From positions 73,166 through 137,165 of the IMG/VR virus record IMGVR_UViG_3300032315_000774: a stretch of 64,000 bases of DNA; one strand, written 5' to 3'. The position numbers and the translations under genes are program-made. Source of the stretch: a virus. Positions 1-10,801 of this stretch are shown here, piece after piece. The notes below the pieces were generated by a model. The model was not told the DNA's origin. It made no database searches and saw only the letters and a program-made list of their open reading frames with translations. The first letter of the stretch is position 1. The number at the start of each line of letters is the position of its first letter.

Positions 1-1964
1 CCCGTAAGGATCGACTCGGCACCACCTGAGCCGATCGTTCGGTTCGTGCGATGAATGTTTGCTTGGCTCGATGATCCGCTGACGTTGGCCAAGCTCAGGA
101 TGACGCTCGTCAGCACTGCGCCTTGCGGCAGCAAGATTGGGATGACCCACGTTCCGCCGTTGGCGTTGTCCTTCTCCACGAAGCCAGCTACTGGATCGAC
201 GTGGAACGAAGACCCGCTGCTCGGTACACCCACACAGCACGGAACGACCATCGTCTGCGAGCGTCCGACTGCAGAGGTGATGGCGGGTGCCGTCAGCGTT
301 CCGGTCGCCGAGAACATCGTGTACCACGCAGAGTCTGAGAACGGTGTGATGACCGGGCCACCTGGTGACGGATACACTTCTGCGACGAAGCCTGTGGTCC
401 CGAGCCGCTGGCGTGTAGCGATCAGCGCGATGTTGTCGAGCACCCACTGAGAACCGTTCCAGTCAGCGTTCGTGACCGTTTCGACGCCGCCATCCGCCCG
501 CATGTACATGCGCGTGCGCATCCCGCCACCGGATGGCACGCTCGTGTAGATGAGTGATCGCTGGTTGGCTGAGTTGTACGCGAACGTGATGCCTGCGAAG
601 ATCGAGTTCAGCTGCGTCAGCGCGAGCTGTGGTGAGCGCAAGCCGTCGCTCGTCGTCTGCAAGCGATACGACCACGAAGACTGCGCGAACGGGCTCAAGC
701 CTGTGTACGTGCCGACGCCGAACGTGTTGGAGGGGTTGCTCGACGTGTACACGTACGTTGACTCGTTGCCACCGACATCCGCCTGCCACTGTCCGGAGAG
801 GAGCCACCGCGCATTCACCGTGGTCTCTTCGAAGATCTCGCCGCTGATGAGTGCGACGTAGCGACGGATGTACATGTTCGGCGTCTCGGTCTCGGTGACG
901 CTGATCAGCTCACGGACGCTTGCGGTGCTCGCCGCGCGATAGATGTAGAAACGTGGCGACAGCGAACCTGCGTCACCTTCGAGCGTGGTCCCGACTTCGA
1001 TGGCGCCACGCGCTCGCACGACGTTCTGCATCGAGTACAGGTCCGCACCGTGCGGGTTCAGGTCATTCGGTACGCCTGCGACGTTGTTGCCGCTCCGCAG
1101 ACGGTGCTCGCGATCGACAGACCCTGCGATGCTCGGCTCTTCACCGTAGACGTCGCTGATCTGCACCGTAATCGCGAGCGGTGCGGCGACCTGCGGCAGA
1201 ACTTGAGGATTCACGTAGACGGTCATCGTCTGCGCAGCTGTTCCGGACGGGAGCACGTACGTCCCGCGTGTCGTGATCGTCTGCGCGACGCCTGGAGAGT
1301 CAGTGGGTGCTTCGTACGTGAGCGTGGTGCCGTTCCATGTCAGGGTCGCATCACCGGACAGCGTGTTGCTCGTGATGTTCAGAACGCTGAGACCTGGGAG
1401 CAGGGTCAAGTCGTCGAGGCGAACGCCCAACGTGCTCAGCGGCGGACCGATCGTCTGGATGTTGCTGCTCGTGATCGGTGCACCTTGCCCAGGAGCCGTC
1501 ACCGTGCCGAGCAAGATCATGCGGTCACGTGCGGGCGCCGTCATGTCCGACGATGACGTCGGCAAGAACGTGTACTCGGTCAGCGTCATGATCGCGAGGA
1601 CACTGACGCCGAGTGCACGCGTAGGCTCTGGGTTGCCACCGACAGCCGACGCCCGGGGCACGAAGTCTTGCTCCGTGTACACGGCGTACACGTAGTTCAC
1701 GAACCCTTCGGCGTAGTTCACGAGCGCCTTACCGCTCTGCGCAGGCAGCTCGATCAGTTCACCGTTCGGCGTGCGTCCACGACACGCCGAGACGTTGATC
1801 AGAGTCGGGTTCGTTGCGGGTGTGATGATGCCACCCGAGATGATGCCCGCGCTACCGATGTCGACGTAGACATCTTTGATCGCTTGTGACTTCGAGTCTT
1901 CTGTGAAGGTCAGCGTCTGTTCATCGACGACGACGTTGTTCGGGTAGAGTGAACGATCGACCAT
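1..1964 (-). CDS. Large virion protein, probably baseplate wedge/tail fibre (partial, runs off left edge)
   Basis: ATG at 1964, next to the upstream stop at 1966. Reads MVDRSLYPNNVVVDEQTLTFTEDSK..., T/G/V-rich and beta-like. Missing from the ORF track because no stop falls in the window. Follows baseplate genes. Confidence 0.7.
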   Translation of the reverse strand, partial: MVDRSLYPNNVVVDEQTLTFTEDSKSQAIKDVYVDIGSAGIISGGIITPATNPTLINVSACRGRTPNGELIELPAQSGKALVNYAEGFVNYVYAVYTEQDFVPRASAVGGNPEPTRALGVSVLAIMTLTEYTFLPTSSSDMTAPARDRMILLGTVTAPGQGAPITSSNIQTIGPPLSTLGVRLDDLTLLPGLSVLNITSNTLSGDATLTWNGTTLTYEAPTDSPGVAQTITTRGTYVLPSGTAAQTMTVYVNPQVLPQVAAPLAITVQISDVYGEEPSIAGSVDREHRLRSGNNVAGVPNDLNPHGADLYSMQNVVRARGAIEVGTTLEGDAGSLSPRFYIYRAASTASVRELISVTETETPNMYIRRYVALISGEIFEETTVNARWLLSGQWQADVGGNESTYVYTSSNPSNTFGVGTYTGLSPFAQSSWSYRLQTTSDGLRSPQLALTQLNSIFAGITFAYNSANQRSLIYTSVPSGGGMRTRMYMRADGGVETVTNADWNGSQWVLDNIALIATRQRLGTTGFVAEVYPSPGGPVITPFSDSAWYTMFSATGTLTAPAITSAVGRSQTMVVPCCVGVPSSGSSFHVDPVAGFVEKDNANGGTWVIPILLPQGAVLTSVILSLANVSGSSSQANIHRTNRTIGSGGAESILT

Positions 1965-1965
1965 T

Positions 1966-4900
1966 TCAAGCTCCTGGCAAGTTGTTGGGGTCGAAGCCCC
2001 GAAGACCGAGACCGTACACTGCAACGTCAAGAACGCGCTCGACGCCCCACAGCTGCAGCCGCATCTGGTGATAGCGATGCGCAGGGTTCGCGAACGCGTC
2101 CTGGTCGACGTCGCGCCACGCCGTCGTGACCGGCGAGACCGTATCCGATCTCACTTGCAAGCGCCACTGTACGGTTCGAGCGTACAGTGGATGACGCGCC
2201 GTGTACGACAGGGTGTACACCGCACCTGGAATCGGAGCGTCGATCTCCACGAACCCACTGGTCGCGAACCGCCACGTCCCCTGCAACACTTCACGCCGCT
2301 GCAGCCCGTCGTCTACATACAGCGTCGCAGGGCGCGTGACGTCTGCTGTCTGCGTCAGTGTCGCTCGGTTGCCAATGACCAGGAGCTGAGCCTCGGCTGC
2401 GTACGACCCCGCTTCAGGCGCGATACGCATCCACATCGGCACATCGTACAGCCACACGTTCGACGCGAAGCTCACGCCCAAGTCGATGACCGGCGTCTCG
2501 ATCTGCGTGAGCTGATCGTACGCGAAGACGTACGTGGCCGAAGGGTTGAAGATCGACTGGTTTGCTGGGTCACCTGCTGCTGTTGACGCCACCTGCAGCG
2601 TCGTCGCCGACAAGAAGCGGTACGGCAACACACCCCCTGGCACCGTCGGCGTCTGCGGCTGTGGCACCGTGTTCGCAGTCAAGATTTCGTCTGGGAACGC
2701 TTCTTCGAGCGGTCCTGTGTGGCGTGTCGGGAGTGCGAGGATCGCGTTCGACGGCGCACCGAACACCAAGGTCTGTACTACGCGAGAAGGCGACGCAGGG
2801 CGCGCGATGGACAACCTGTCTGGGACTTGAGGCTCGACCGAGATGTTCGTCAGCGTGCAGCTCAGGAGGTCTGTCGCCGTGAAGATGCCTGCGACAGGAG
2901 ACAGCTGGTAGTCGTAGATCGGCGTGTGCGCCGCCGAGTAGCGATCAAGCCCAGACTCGATGAGCGCTTGCTCGTCTTCTTGCAGAGTCTCAGCGGCCCA
3001 CCGATACAGCGTCGCGCCTGTCAGATACGCCGTGCCTTGACCGAGGTACATGCCCGAGTTCGGCACCGTGATCACGATCTGCTCGATGCTCGTTACGCCG
3101 AACGTCCCGCCTGTGAGTAGAAGACGAACAGTCATCGTCGTGGCGTCGTACGGCACCAACACCTGCCCAAGCACCTGGCGCGGATCGAGCGTGCCGCCTG
3201 CACCAGGCGCGACGAGATGCGTGCCTGTGATGGCGATCGGGTTCGTGAGCGGTGCGACCGCCGACATCGGTGCGAACGCTCCGCCGTCGAAGCTCACGTC
3301 GAGGCGATAGCTCGCAGTCGCGAAGTGCGGGCTCACCCACATCGCTACACGCACAGGACGGGTCCTGTAGTCGCTCACGTCGACGTCCCGCTGCATGTAC
3401 CACGCAGTGCCCGATGCCGTGCTCTGAAAGCGCGTAGGTGCCAGATACGCAGGCGAGTCGAATGTCGCCGCGCTCGCGCTGCTCACGATCCAGCCGTCGG
3501 GCAGCGTGGCAGGACCCGTTGTCACCGGGTCCGAGAACGGCCCCGCGCCCGGTGGAGCGTAGTCCGGGTTGACATCGACGACCAGCTCTGCAGGCCGACG
3601 TGGCGCTTCGTTCACGCGTTCGTCGACCTCCACCGCCGCGCCGATCGACCAGCTCCCCCGCAAGCCCGTCGGATACAGCCGCGCCACACCCGAACCTGCG
3701 TGGTCGATGACTCGAACGACCTCACCTGCCGACCACACGTTCATCGCGACACCCGTCTCCGGGTAGAAGACCTTGTCCTCGTGCTGAATCACGAAGGCGA
3801 TCCCAGGGAACGGAGGTGTCACACCTTGAAGTCTATGCAGACCACGGTTCGCGTTGCTGGCGGCAGTGGCCGCTGCGATCGAGATGTAGTTGTCGAACAG
3901 GCCGACGTTCGCTGCACTCACGGCGGCGAACGCAGTCGAGTTCCCTGCAGTCGGCGTGTCCGTGAGCAAGTCCAGCGTCAACGCGCGTACGCTGTTCCGG
4001 CCAACACGCACCAAGAAGCCTTGCTGTTCGGCGCCTGTCACCATGACCGTCGCACGCACCGCACCTGCGACAGGCGCCAACCCTTGAACTGCGCTCGTCG
4101 TCGCGAACACACGGGTGCCTGTCACGACACGATCGCGACGAAGCTCCCACGTGTTACCGACCACCGTTGCGACTGTCGCTGTTAGGTCTGCATACGTCCC
4201 AAGCCCTGACGCAAATACATACCGAACGAAGGCGCCTGTGCCTGTCGTGACGTTGTAGAAGTAGTCACCGACTTGGATGTCGTTGACCACCTCGCCGAAC
4301 AAGATCTCAGAGCCTGTGTTCGAAGCGCCTGCGCCTGTCGCGACTTCAGGGTCGGGGCGCGCGAAGTCTTCGGCGAGTGCGAGTCCGTTGACATCGGTGC
4401 CGACGACGCGGATGCCCCCTGCGAGCCAGTCAGCGGGAAAGAACACATCGAGCGTTGAAGCGTCATCGAGCGTCCAGACGACAGGCGTCGACGTGAAGCT
4501 CTGCTGCAGCTCGCCAAGCCACACACGGTTTGTCGTGACCGGAAGTCGGCCCGATGACACGAGCAGTGTTGACTGGTGGACGGCTCCAGACGCCGTAAGC
4601 GCGCCCGACAAGCGCGGTGTCCCGAGGATCGCCGTCTGCGCGTCTGCACCCACACCATACGTGTTGATGCGGTTGTCGTCGCTCGTGTACGGCACCTCCA
4701 AGAGGAGCGCGTTCCCGAACGTGCCCGACGACGCTGACGCTGGCGTCAGACCGCTGTTCGCGCCTCCGGTCATGTTCGTCGTCGTGAAGCCTGCCAACTG
4801 TGCGTTGGTTGTGAGCAAGATGCTCGTGTTGCCTTGTGTGCCGCCGTACTGGTTGCGCACGGTGACCACCGCACCGTTGGCCACGGCAGTCACGCGGATC

Positions 4901-6747
4901 GCGCCCGCTGATGCCGGTGCTGCGGTTCGCGCCGTGTTGTTCCATCCGTCGTTGATGGCAGCGGCAAGGTTCGTCGCGACCTGCGCTGCTGAATCACCTG
5001 CGGTGTATGGTACGAGGACGCGCCCCGCTGCTGCAGGCGAGCCTGTGTTCAGCTCGAAGATCAGCGGCGCGTTGACGCCATCGCTGATCTGCGCCGTCAC
5101 GGAGCCGAGCGCGAACGCGTTGATCGCAGCGCCTGTGGGGCAGGTGATGGTGCCCGATGCGGCGACCGCGCCGAGGCCGATCGTGCGCTGTGCGTAGGTG
5201 TTGACCGACGAAACAACCTGCGCGAGTGACCTCGGGCTCGCGCCGCCGTTGAAGCCTGCGCCGCTGTAACGGTTGTTGCTGAGATCGACGAGCACCGTCT
5301 GGTCGTTGAAGCGGAGCGGCAAGTACCACGACGCAGAGGTCGTGAACGATGTGGCGTTCACGAGACCAAAGAAGCGTGTGCTCAGCGGTGCTGCGGTCAG
5401 CGTGTAGCGGTTCGGCGACGTCGTCTGGAGCAGGTTGCCTCCGTACGAGAGGCCGAACAAGCTGTAGGTCAGGTTGACGCCTGAAGCGCCCTGGCTCGAC
5501 AGGGAGACGAGGTCGACGAAGAACGTGTTGAGGCCGATCGAGACAGTTGCTGCACCACCAGTCGCTGTCTTCTGGATGATGTCGAAGCTCCGCCACCGTG
5601 TCGTCGTGATGCGACGCTGAGCCGCTGGGCTCGCGGTGTATGCGACCGGTTCTGTCGTCGTGCGTCCGTTCTGGTCAACACCCGTGAAGATGATCGTTCC
5701 GCCGTTCCATCCCGCACCGAAGTTGACGACAGCTTCGAGCGGTCGCCACAAGATCACGTTTGCCGTGTCGGTCACGCCGTTCGCGTTGTCGACTTCCACA
5801 GTGAACGGCGACAGCACACGCACCACGCGGAACTCGCCGTTGTTCAGCCCTGATGAGCTGTTGATGCTCAGGACGCGGCCTACGTCCGACGGACCGAAGC
5901 GAGGGTCCGGGATCGTCACGCGCTGCACGCTCTCCAAGCTCACAGCGAGCGTCGCCGTCAGCGCGACGTGCACAGGCTGACCATACGGCGCCACGAACGT
6001 GTTCGGCCCGCTCGCAGCGGACGCTGCAAGCACCCACGTGTCGTCGACGACGTTGAGCGTCGGGAGGTCACCGAACACACGGCTCGGAGGCGCCATGTTC
6101 GGCGAGTCGAGCAGCGTGCATCCGAGCGTCCAGCTCGCGCGCCATGCCATCGGCAAGATCCACGGCGTGACCGCTGCGATGCCGGTTATGAGCTGTCTGA
6201 ACCCGGTCACGGTCGTCGCGAACGACCGCGCCACCTGACGCCACGCTTGAAGGAGCAAGCGGTACGCACCAAGGCTCCACACGCTCGGGCGTGGTGCTGC
6301 GACCTGGCGTCCGAAGGTCGCGTCGATGAGCGCGTCGTCGGCCGTCTCCAGAGCCAACGTGTCACGGATCGCCTGGATCTGCGCAGCGAGCGCATCGAGC
6401 GCTTCACCGTGTGCCCACAAGATCGACGCGCTTTGACGGCACTCGATGTAGCTTGGGTAGCTCGGGTTGCCGTCGCCAATGTATGCCCGCGCCAACGGTG
6501 GTCGACGGTAGACAGCGGTCACGACGTGTGGACCCTGCGCAAGCTGCGCTTGTACTTCGAGTGAACCTTGCGCGTTGCTCGTGAACGACCCGACGTACAC
6601 GTCGTTGTCGTAGACATCGAAGACTGCGCTCGTTTGCTGCACGCTCAGGACAAGCGTTGTCAGACCTGAGCGTACAGGCAACACCGTGCCTGACGCGCGG
6701 TAGAACGAGCCTTGAGGCATGAGAGCCAAGAGATCGAGGTACTTCAC
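1966..6747 (-). CDS. Very large baseplate wedge/tail-fibre-like structural protein (~1590 aa)
   Basis: Long ORF. Likely start is GTG at 6747 (GTGA overlap with the upstream stop). The N-terminal 'ALETADDALIDATFG...YRLLL' resembles tail protein I/wedge family segments. G/T/A/S-rich beta domains. Confidence 0.7.
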   Translation of the reverse strand: MKYLDLLALMPQGSFYRASGTVLPVRSGLTTLVLSVQQTSAVFDVYDNDVYVGSFTSNAQGSLEVQAQLAQGPHVVTAVYRRPPLARAYIGDGNPSYPSYIECRQSASILWAHGEALDALAAQIQAIRDTLALETADDALIDATFGRQVAAPRPSVWSLGAYRLLLQAWRQVARSFATTVTGFRQLITGIAAVTPWILPMAWRASWTLGCTLLDSPNMAPPSRVFGDLPTLNVVDDTWVLAASAASGPNTFVAPYGQPVHVALTATLAVSLESVQRVTIPDPRFGPSDVGRVLSINSSSGLNNGEFRVVRVLSPFTVEVDNANGVTDTANVILWRPLEAVVNFGAGWNGGTIIFTGVDQNGRTTTEPVAYTASPAAQRRITTTRWRSFDIIQKTATGGAATVSIGLNTFFVDLVSLSSQGASGVNLTYSLFGLSYGGNLLQTTSPNRYTLTAAPLSTRFFGLVNATSFTTSASWYLPLRFNDQTVLVDLSNNRYSGAGFNGGASPRSLAQVVSSVNTYAQRTIGLGAVAASGTITCPTGAAINAFALGSVTAQISDGVNAPLIFELNTGSPAAAGRVLVPYTAGDSAAQVATNLAAAINDGWNNTARTAAPASAGAIRVTAVANGAVVTVRNQYGGTQGNTSILLTTNAQLAGFTTTNMTGGANSGLTPASASSGTFGNALLLEVPYTSDDNRINTYGVGADAQTAILGTPRLSGALTASGAVHQSTLLVSSGRLPVTTNRVWLGELQQSFTSTPVVWTLDDASTLDVFFPADWLAGGIRVVGTDVNGLALAEDFARPDPEVATGAGASNTGSEILFGEVVNDIQVGDYFYNVTTGTGAFVRYVFASGLGTYADLTATVATVVGNTWELRRDRVVTGTRVFATTSAVQGLAPVAGAVRATVMVTGAEQQGFLVRVGRNSVRALTLDLLTDTPTAGNSTAFAAVSAANVGLFDNYISIAAATAASNANRGLHRLQGVTPPFPGIAFVIQHEDKVFYPETGVAMNVWSAGEVVRVIDHAGSGVARLYPTGLRGSWSIGAAVEVDERVNEAPRRPAELVVDVNPDYAPPGAGPFSDPVTTGPATLPDGWIVSSASAATFDSPAYLAPTRFQSTASGTAWYMQRDVDVSDYRTRPVRVAMWVSPHFATASYRLDVSFDGGAFAPMSAVAPLTNPIAITGTHLVAPGAGGTLDPRQVLGQVLVPYDATTMTVRLLLTGGTFGVTSIEQIVITVPNSGMYLGQGTAYLTGATLYRWAAETLQEDEQALIESGLDRYSAAHTPIYDYQLSPVAGIFTATDLLSCTLTNISVEPQVPDRLSIARPASPSRVVQTLVFGAPSNAILALPTRHTGPLEEAFPDEILTANTVPQPQTPTVPGGVLPYRFLSATTLQVASTAAGDPANQSIFNPSATYVFAYDQLTQIETPVIDLGVSFASNVWLYDVPMWMRIAPEAGSYAAEAQLLVIGNRATLTQTADVTRPATLYVDDGLQRREVLQGTWRFATSGFVEIDAPIPGAVYTLSYTARHPLYARTVQWRLQVRSDTVSPVTTAWRDVDQDAFANPAHRYHQMRLQLWGVERVLDVAVYGLGLRGFDPNNLPGA

Positions 6748-7352
6748 TGCGCAGTTCCTCCGCGAATGTCGACGCCTGTGGGCTCGAAGTAGAACGTGCC
6801 GAGAACGGCGCTGCCGCTGCAACCGTATCCTGTCACCGTGACGGTTCCTGGCAGCTCGCTTGGCGGTGCGACGACCACAGCCGAACCTTGGTGCATCGTG
6901 ACAAGACCAGGCACGTCACCGAACAAGATGATCGGATGTCGCTCGACGCTGAAGACCTTGCCTTCTCCTGCGAGAGAGTAAGCTGAAGTCACGTCAGCGA
7001 CATCGATCAAAGCGATGAGTCGCTGGTCCACGTACACATGCAGCATCGTGCCCCACTTCAAGAAGCGAAGTCGATGACGCGGACCTGGAATCGCTCGGCT
7101 CGCGTAGAAGATTCCATTCACCAACAAACCGTCGAGGTCGAGCACCAAACCGTTCCACCGAAGCTGAACCCCTTCCGAGCACACGACATCGACGTCGAAG
7201 TTCGCCACGGGTGTCGGCCACGTGAGGCTGCCACCTGGAAGGATGACCGCACCCTGTTCCCAGACAGCGTTGCTGACCGTCCACGCGGACAAGTTCGACG
7301 TGAAGAAGTCGCTGCACGCTGTCGTGTCGAGGATGGCGTTGCCGTAGATCAT
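6744..7352 (-). CDS. Hypothetical virion protein (beta-sandwich-like)
   Basis: 202 aa ORF translationally coupled on both sides within the baseplate cluster. Confidence 0.6.
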   Translation of the reverse strand: MIYGNAILDTTACSDFFTSNLSAWTVSNAVWEQGAVILPGGSLTWPTPVANFDVDVVCSEGVQLRWNGLVLDLDGLLVNGIFYASRAIPGPRHRLRFLKWGTMLHVYVDQRLIALIDVADVTSAYSLAGEGKVFSVERHPIILFGDVPGLVTMHQGSAVVVAPPSELPGTVTVTGYGCSGSAVLGTFYFEPTGVDIRGGTAQ

Positions 7353-8443
7353 ACTGCTTCTCCGGATCGAATGAGGACACCGTCAGGCGCGAAGAGGTCG
7401 AACGTGTTCGTCGCGATGCCGCCGCTCCCGAACGCACGAATCTCCCGCTCGCCGCGCTGCGAGACCGCCAGCGCAGGCAGCTCCGCCAAGAGCGCAGTCG
7501 GTCGTGCCCCTGTCACTGTCAGTGGTGCACCATCGAGCATGGCACCTGCGCGCAGCTCGAACCGCTTCACTTTGCCTTGCATGCGCTGTCCTTCGTTCCG
7601 AACACGCGCGAAGATGACAGCGGGTCCCTCGATGAAGGAGCTGGTCGACACCACGAGATCTCCATCGACGAACACGTGAACGAAGTTCGCAGATCTCTGG
7701 ATGCGAAGTTGCCTCGCGCTGTCGAAACCAGGCGCACGCGTGCGCGATGCGGAGTACGCGCGGATCGTCGAGCTGCCGACGACACACACGAACTCGACCG
7801 CGTCGCCTTCGACCTCCAGAGTCGCGTCGAAGTGCTCGTACGTCCCTGGGGCGCTGAGCGTCGCTTCACCACCGAGCGTGAGCCCAGAGTCGAGCACGAC
7901 ACCATCGTCTTCCACGCGCGTGACGCCCGTAGGTGTCCAGCCGTTGTACTGACCCGCGAACGAGACCGGCGTGCTCGGCTCGAAGACGAAGTCGCTGGCC
8001 AAGCGCACGAGCGTGTAGCCGAACGTCGAGGCGGAAGCCGGTTCGACGACAAGAAGCGCGCCGCTTCCTGGACCCGACGACAAGATCTGGATCGAGAACG
8101 GGTCTGCGTCGACGGCACCGAACGCGTCCGTGGCTTGAATGGTGACGGGGAACGTACCGACTGCCGTCGGTGTACCTGAGATGACCGCAGTCGGTGTCCC
8201 TTGTGTAAGCGCAAGTCCCGGAGGCAGCGCGCCTGCGATCACCGACCACACGTAGCTCGGTACGCCACCGGCAGCAGACACGTTTGCTGTGTACGGCTGG
8301 CCTACGACGCCGCTTGGCAGCGACAACGTCACGATCCGGAAGATCGAGTTCAAGTCGATGAAGACGTTGACGTTGCGGATGACCGCCTGAACGAACGGTG
8401 TGACCGAAACGTTGCCGTTGATCGTGAAGCCGATGTCAGGCAC
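7349..8443 (-). CDS. Ig-like (He_PIG-type) domain virion protein
   Basis: 'LPSGVVGQPY...GGVPSYVWSVIAGALPPGLAL...ISGTPTAVGTFPVTIQATD' is a typical putative-Ig repeat. Confidence 0.75.
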   Translation of the reverse strand: MPDIGFTINGNVSVTPFVQAVIRNVNVFIDLNSIFRIVTLSLPSGVVGQPYTANVSAAGGVPSYVWSVIAGALPPGLALTQGTPTAVISGTPTAVGTFPVTIQATDAFGAVDADPFSIQILSSGPGSGALLVVEPASASTFGYTLVRLASDFVFEPSTPVSFAGQYNGWTPTGVTRVEDDGVVLDSGLTLGGEATLSAPGTYEHFDATLEVEGDAVEFVCVVGSSTIRAYSASRTRAPGFDSARQLRIQRSANFVHVFVDGDLVVSTSSFIEGPAVIFARVRNEGQRMQGKVKRFELRAGAMLDGAPLTVTGARPTALLAELPALAVSQRGEREIRAFGSGGIATNTFDLFAPDGVLIRSGEAV

Positions 8444-8446
8444 AGC

Positions 8447-9412
8447 TCACTCCAGCACCGTGCCGACAGGGCAAGGAAGCATGAGGCTGCCCATCGTCCG
8501 ATAGCGCATCGTGCCTGTTTCTGCAGGGTCACCGTAGTTGAAGTTGGTAGGGTTGTTGCCGCCGATCGCGAGCACGTCCGTCAACGTGCCCAAAGGACGG
8601 CCACCAGAAACAGTTGCGACGTTGTTCGTGAAAGAGATCGGAAAGCCAGGCATCCGAGCTGTGTTGTCGATACCGTTCGTCAGCTGCGTCAAGCCTGTCG
8701 CGACAGAGATCAACGTTGTAGACGCCAACGAAGTCATCGTCGTCGCCGTGTTTGCGACGAGTGGAGTCCAGCTGGTGATGTTGTTCGGTGTCGAGCTGCT
8801 GTTGAGGATGATGAAGCGGTTCGTCTGTGTCGACGTCGTCAGGTCGAACAAGCAGAAGCCACCCTGGTTGTTGGTGTCGACCAACAGCTTGTCCATCACG
8901 AAGATGTCGCCTGTCGCGTTCTTCCAGATGTTCAAACGGAACGCACCGACTGTAGAGTTCGACCGCAAGGTGATCGAGACGCTACCGCTCTGACCCGTTG
9001 CTGTGGGCAGCACCGTCGTCGAACCACCTGTGAACTGGTTCGGCGCGACGAAGATGACGAAGCCAAGTGGGTTCAGTGGTGTTGTCGACTCGGCGACCAT
9101 CAGCCAGTAGAGGCGTCCTCCGCCGAACACGTTGCCGAAGCCTGCGGGCGCTGTCCCTGTGGCCCATGAACGCGCGTTGCCTGTCGAGTTGAAGACGACG
9201 GCACCCGCACCGACACCCGTGATGAGATCGCTGTCAGCGAAGCTGGTGCCGTTCGACGAGCGTGTGATGACCGATGCCCCTGAGCCTCCGACGTTCTGCA
9301 CCATCCAATAGAGGATGCGGTAGAAGGTGTACTGCATCGTGCCGAGGCCCGTTGTTGCGCCTCCACAGTCGTTGTTCAGATCGGTGTCGAAAGCGACGCT
9401 AGGAGTGACCAC
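8447..9412 (-). CDS. Hypothetical tail/baseplate-associated protein
   Basis: 321 aa T/G/N-rich ORF, coupled between the baseplate J and Ig-domain genes. Confidence 0.6.
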   Translation of the reverse strand: MVTPSVAFDTDLNNDCGGATTGLGTMQYTFYRILYWMVQNVGGSGASVITRSSNGTSFADSDLITGVGAGAVVFNSTGNARSWATGTAPAGFGNVFGGGRLYWLMVAESTTPLNPLGFVIFVAPNQFTGGSTTVLPTATGQSGSVSITLRSNSTVGAFRLNIWKNATGDIFVMDKLLVDTNNQGGFCLFDLTTSTQTNRFIILNSSSTPNNITSWTPLVANTATTMTSLASTTLISVATGLTQLTNGIDNTARMPGFPISFTNNVATVSGGRPLGTLTDVLAIGGNNPTNFNYGDPAETGTMRYRTMGSLMLPCPVGTVLE

Positions 9413-9415
9413 TGC

Positions 9416-10801
9416 TCACCTCGGAGTCACGACGAGCACACCGCCGTCGAAGGTTGGATGCTGATTCGGCGCGAAGGCGATGTCGGCGACACCTGCATCG
9501 ACCGCGCGTGAAAACTGAATGAACGTCAGGTTGTTGACAGCCGAGACCGCATTCCGCACGGCATTGTTCACGTCGCTGACTTCCAACGGTTCGCCCTGTG
9601 GTGACGCGAGCACGAACGCCTGGATCGCCGCGAGAACCGCTTGCTGTGTCGCGACCGGCGAGAAGCCTGAGCGTGTCGTGAAGTCAGCAACGACCGCGAT
9701 TGGCACACCGACACCACGTCTGTAGAGGAGATCTTGTCCTACGACTGTGTCGTCTGGACTGGCGTTCGTAGCCTGCATCTGTCGAATGAGTGCGTCGTAG
9801 TCGTAGTCGATCGTCACGAGCCCACCGGGCGCAAGAGGAGCTGCAGGCGTCCGAAGGAAGCGGATGCCGTCGAGCGCGCGTGTCGAGCCCGACAGTGGAC
9901 CGTCGTCGAACACGACCTCGTAGTCGGTCCCCTCGACGTATGTCGTCGCGCCTGCGGTGACGCCGTTGACGCGAAGCATGGGTGGCAAGCTGACGCGAAT
10001 GAGCTGTCCGACGCCGTAGTATACGTTCTGCTCGGTGCGCTGCACGCTCTGCCCGTTGCGCACGAAGACGTCCACAGCTCCAGGCTGTGCACGCTCTGGA
10101 AAGCGCTCCACGTACACAGAACCGGCTGCGTTGAATCCTGTGAGCGCGTTACGCTTGATCCCTGATGGTGTCGCCAGCTGGCGCCCTTGCACAGACAGGA
10201 AGAACAAGTCCACCAGCTGTGCGTTCGAGGTCTCGCCGTCACCGCCGATCGCAGCTGCAGGGTTGGTCACGGCCGAGAAGCCATTCAGCGGGATCAACGG
10301 ACGCGTGAGCCTGTTCGGGCCGACGCGACTCTCGACGCCTGGGCTGACGGCAACAGCTTGCACGCGAAGACGCCACAAGCCGTTCTCCAGGGGAGCGCCG
10401 AACGGAAGTGACGCTGCTTCTGTCGTCACGAAGACGATCGTCGAGGTCGCGTCACGGACGCCGATAGGCGTGCCACGTGCGACAGGCAGTCCTGCAAGCG
10501 GTGGCGCGACCGAGCTTTGGAACTCCAGCGTGACCGTCGCGTTGGTCCCCGGGCTTGCGATGATGCCCTCGTTCGAGACGATGGCACGGATCTCTTCCGT
10601 TGCATCGAGGTCGAGTGCTTCGACCAAGCTCTGGACCTGCGAAAGGTCTGCGACGTCAGCACTGAGCTGACCAAGGACGATGGATTGAGGAAAGAGCGAC
10701 GAGTCGTAGATGGGTCCGTACGTCGTGTCGAGCTGGTTGTTCGGAACGGTGGCTTGCATTCGAGCAAGCCACTGCGCAGCGGGTACGGCTTCGAATGGCA
10801 T
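9416..10801 (-). CDS. Baseplate J-like wedge protein
   Basis: 'VFVTTE...VQAVAVSPG...VTNPAAAIGGDGETSNAQL' matches the baseplate J pattern. Follows a gp25-like gene. Confidence 0.8.
   Translation of the reverse strand: MPFEAVPAAQWLARMQATVPNNQLDTTYGPIYDSSLFPQSIVLGQLSADVADLSQVQSLVEALDLDATEEIRAIVSNEGIIASPGTNATVTLEFQSSVAPPLAGLPVARGTPIGVRDATSTIVFVTTEAASLPFGAPLENGLWRLRVQAVAVSPGVESRVGPNRLTRPLIPLNGFSAVTNPAAAIGGDGETSNAQLVDLFFLSVQGRQLATPSGIKRNALTGFNAAGSVYVERFPERAQPGAVDVFVRNGQSVQRTEQNVYYGVGQLIRVSLPPMLRVNGVTAGATTYVEGTDYEVVFDDGPLSGSTRALDGIRFLRTPAAPLAPGGLVTIDYDYDALIRQMQATNASPDDTVVGQDLLYRRGVGVPIAVVADFTTRSGFSPVATQQAVLAAIQAFVLASPQGEPLEVSDVNNAVRNAVSAVNNLTFIQFSRAVDAGVADIAFAPNQHPTFDGGVLVVTPR

Noticed and set aside
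1-9412. Diversity-generating retroelement or invertible tail-fibre cassette
   Set aside because: No reverse transcriptase, invertase or near-identical template/variable repeat pair seen in this window.
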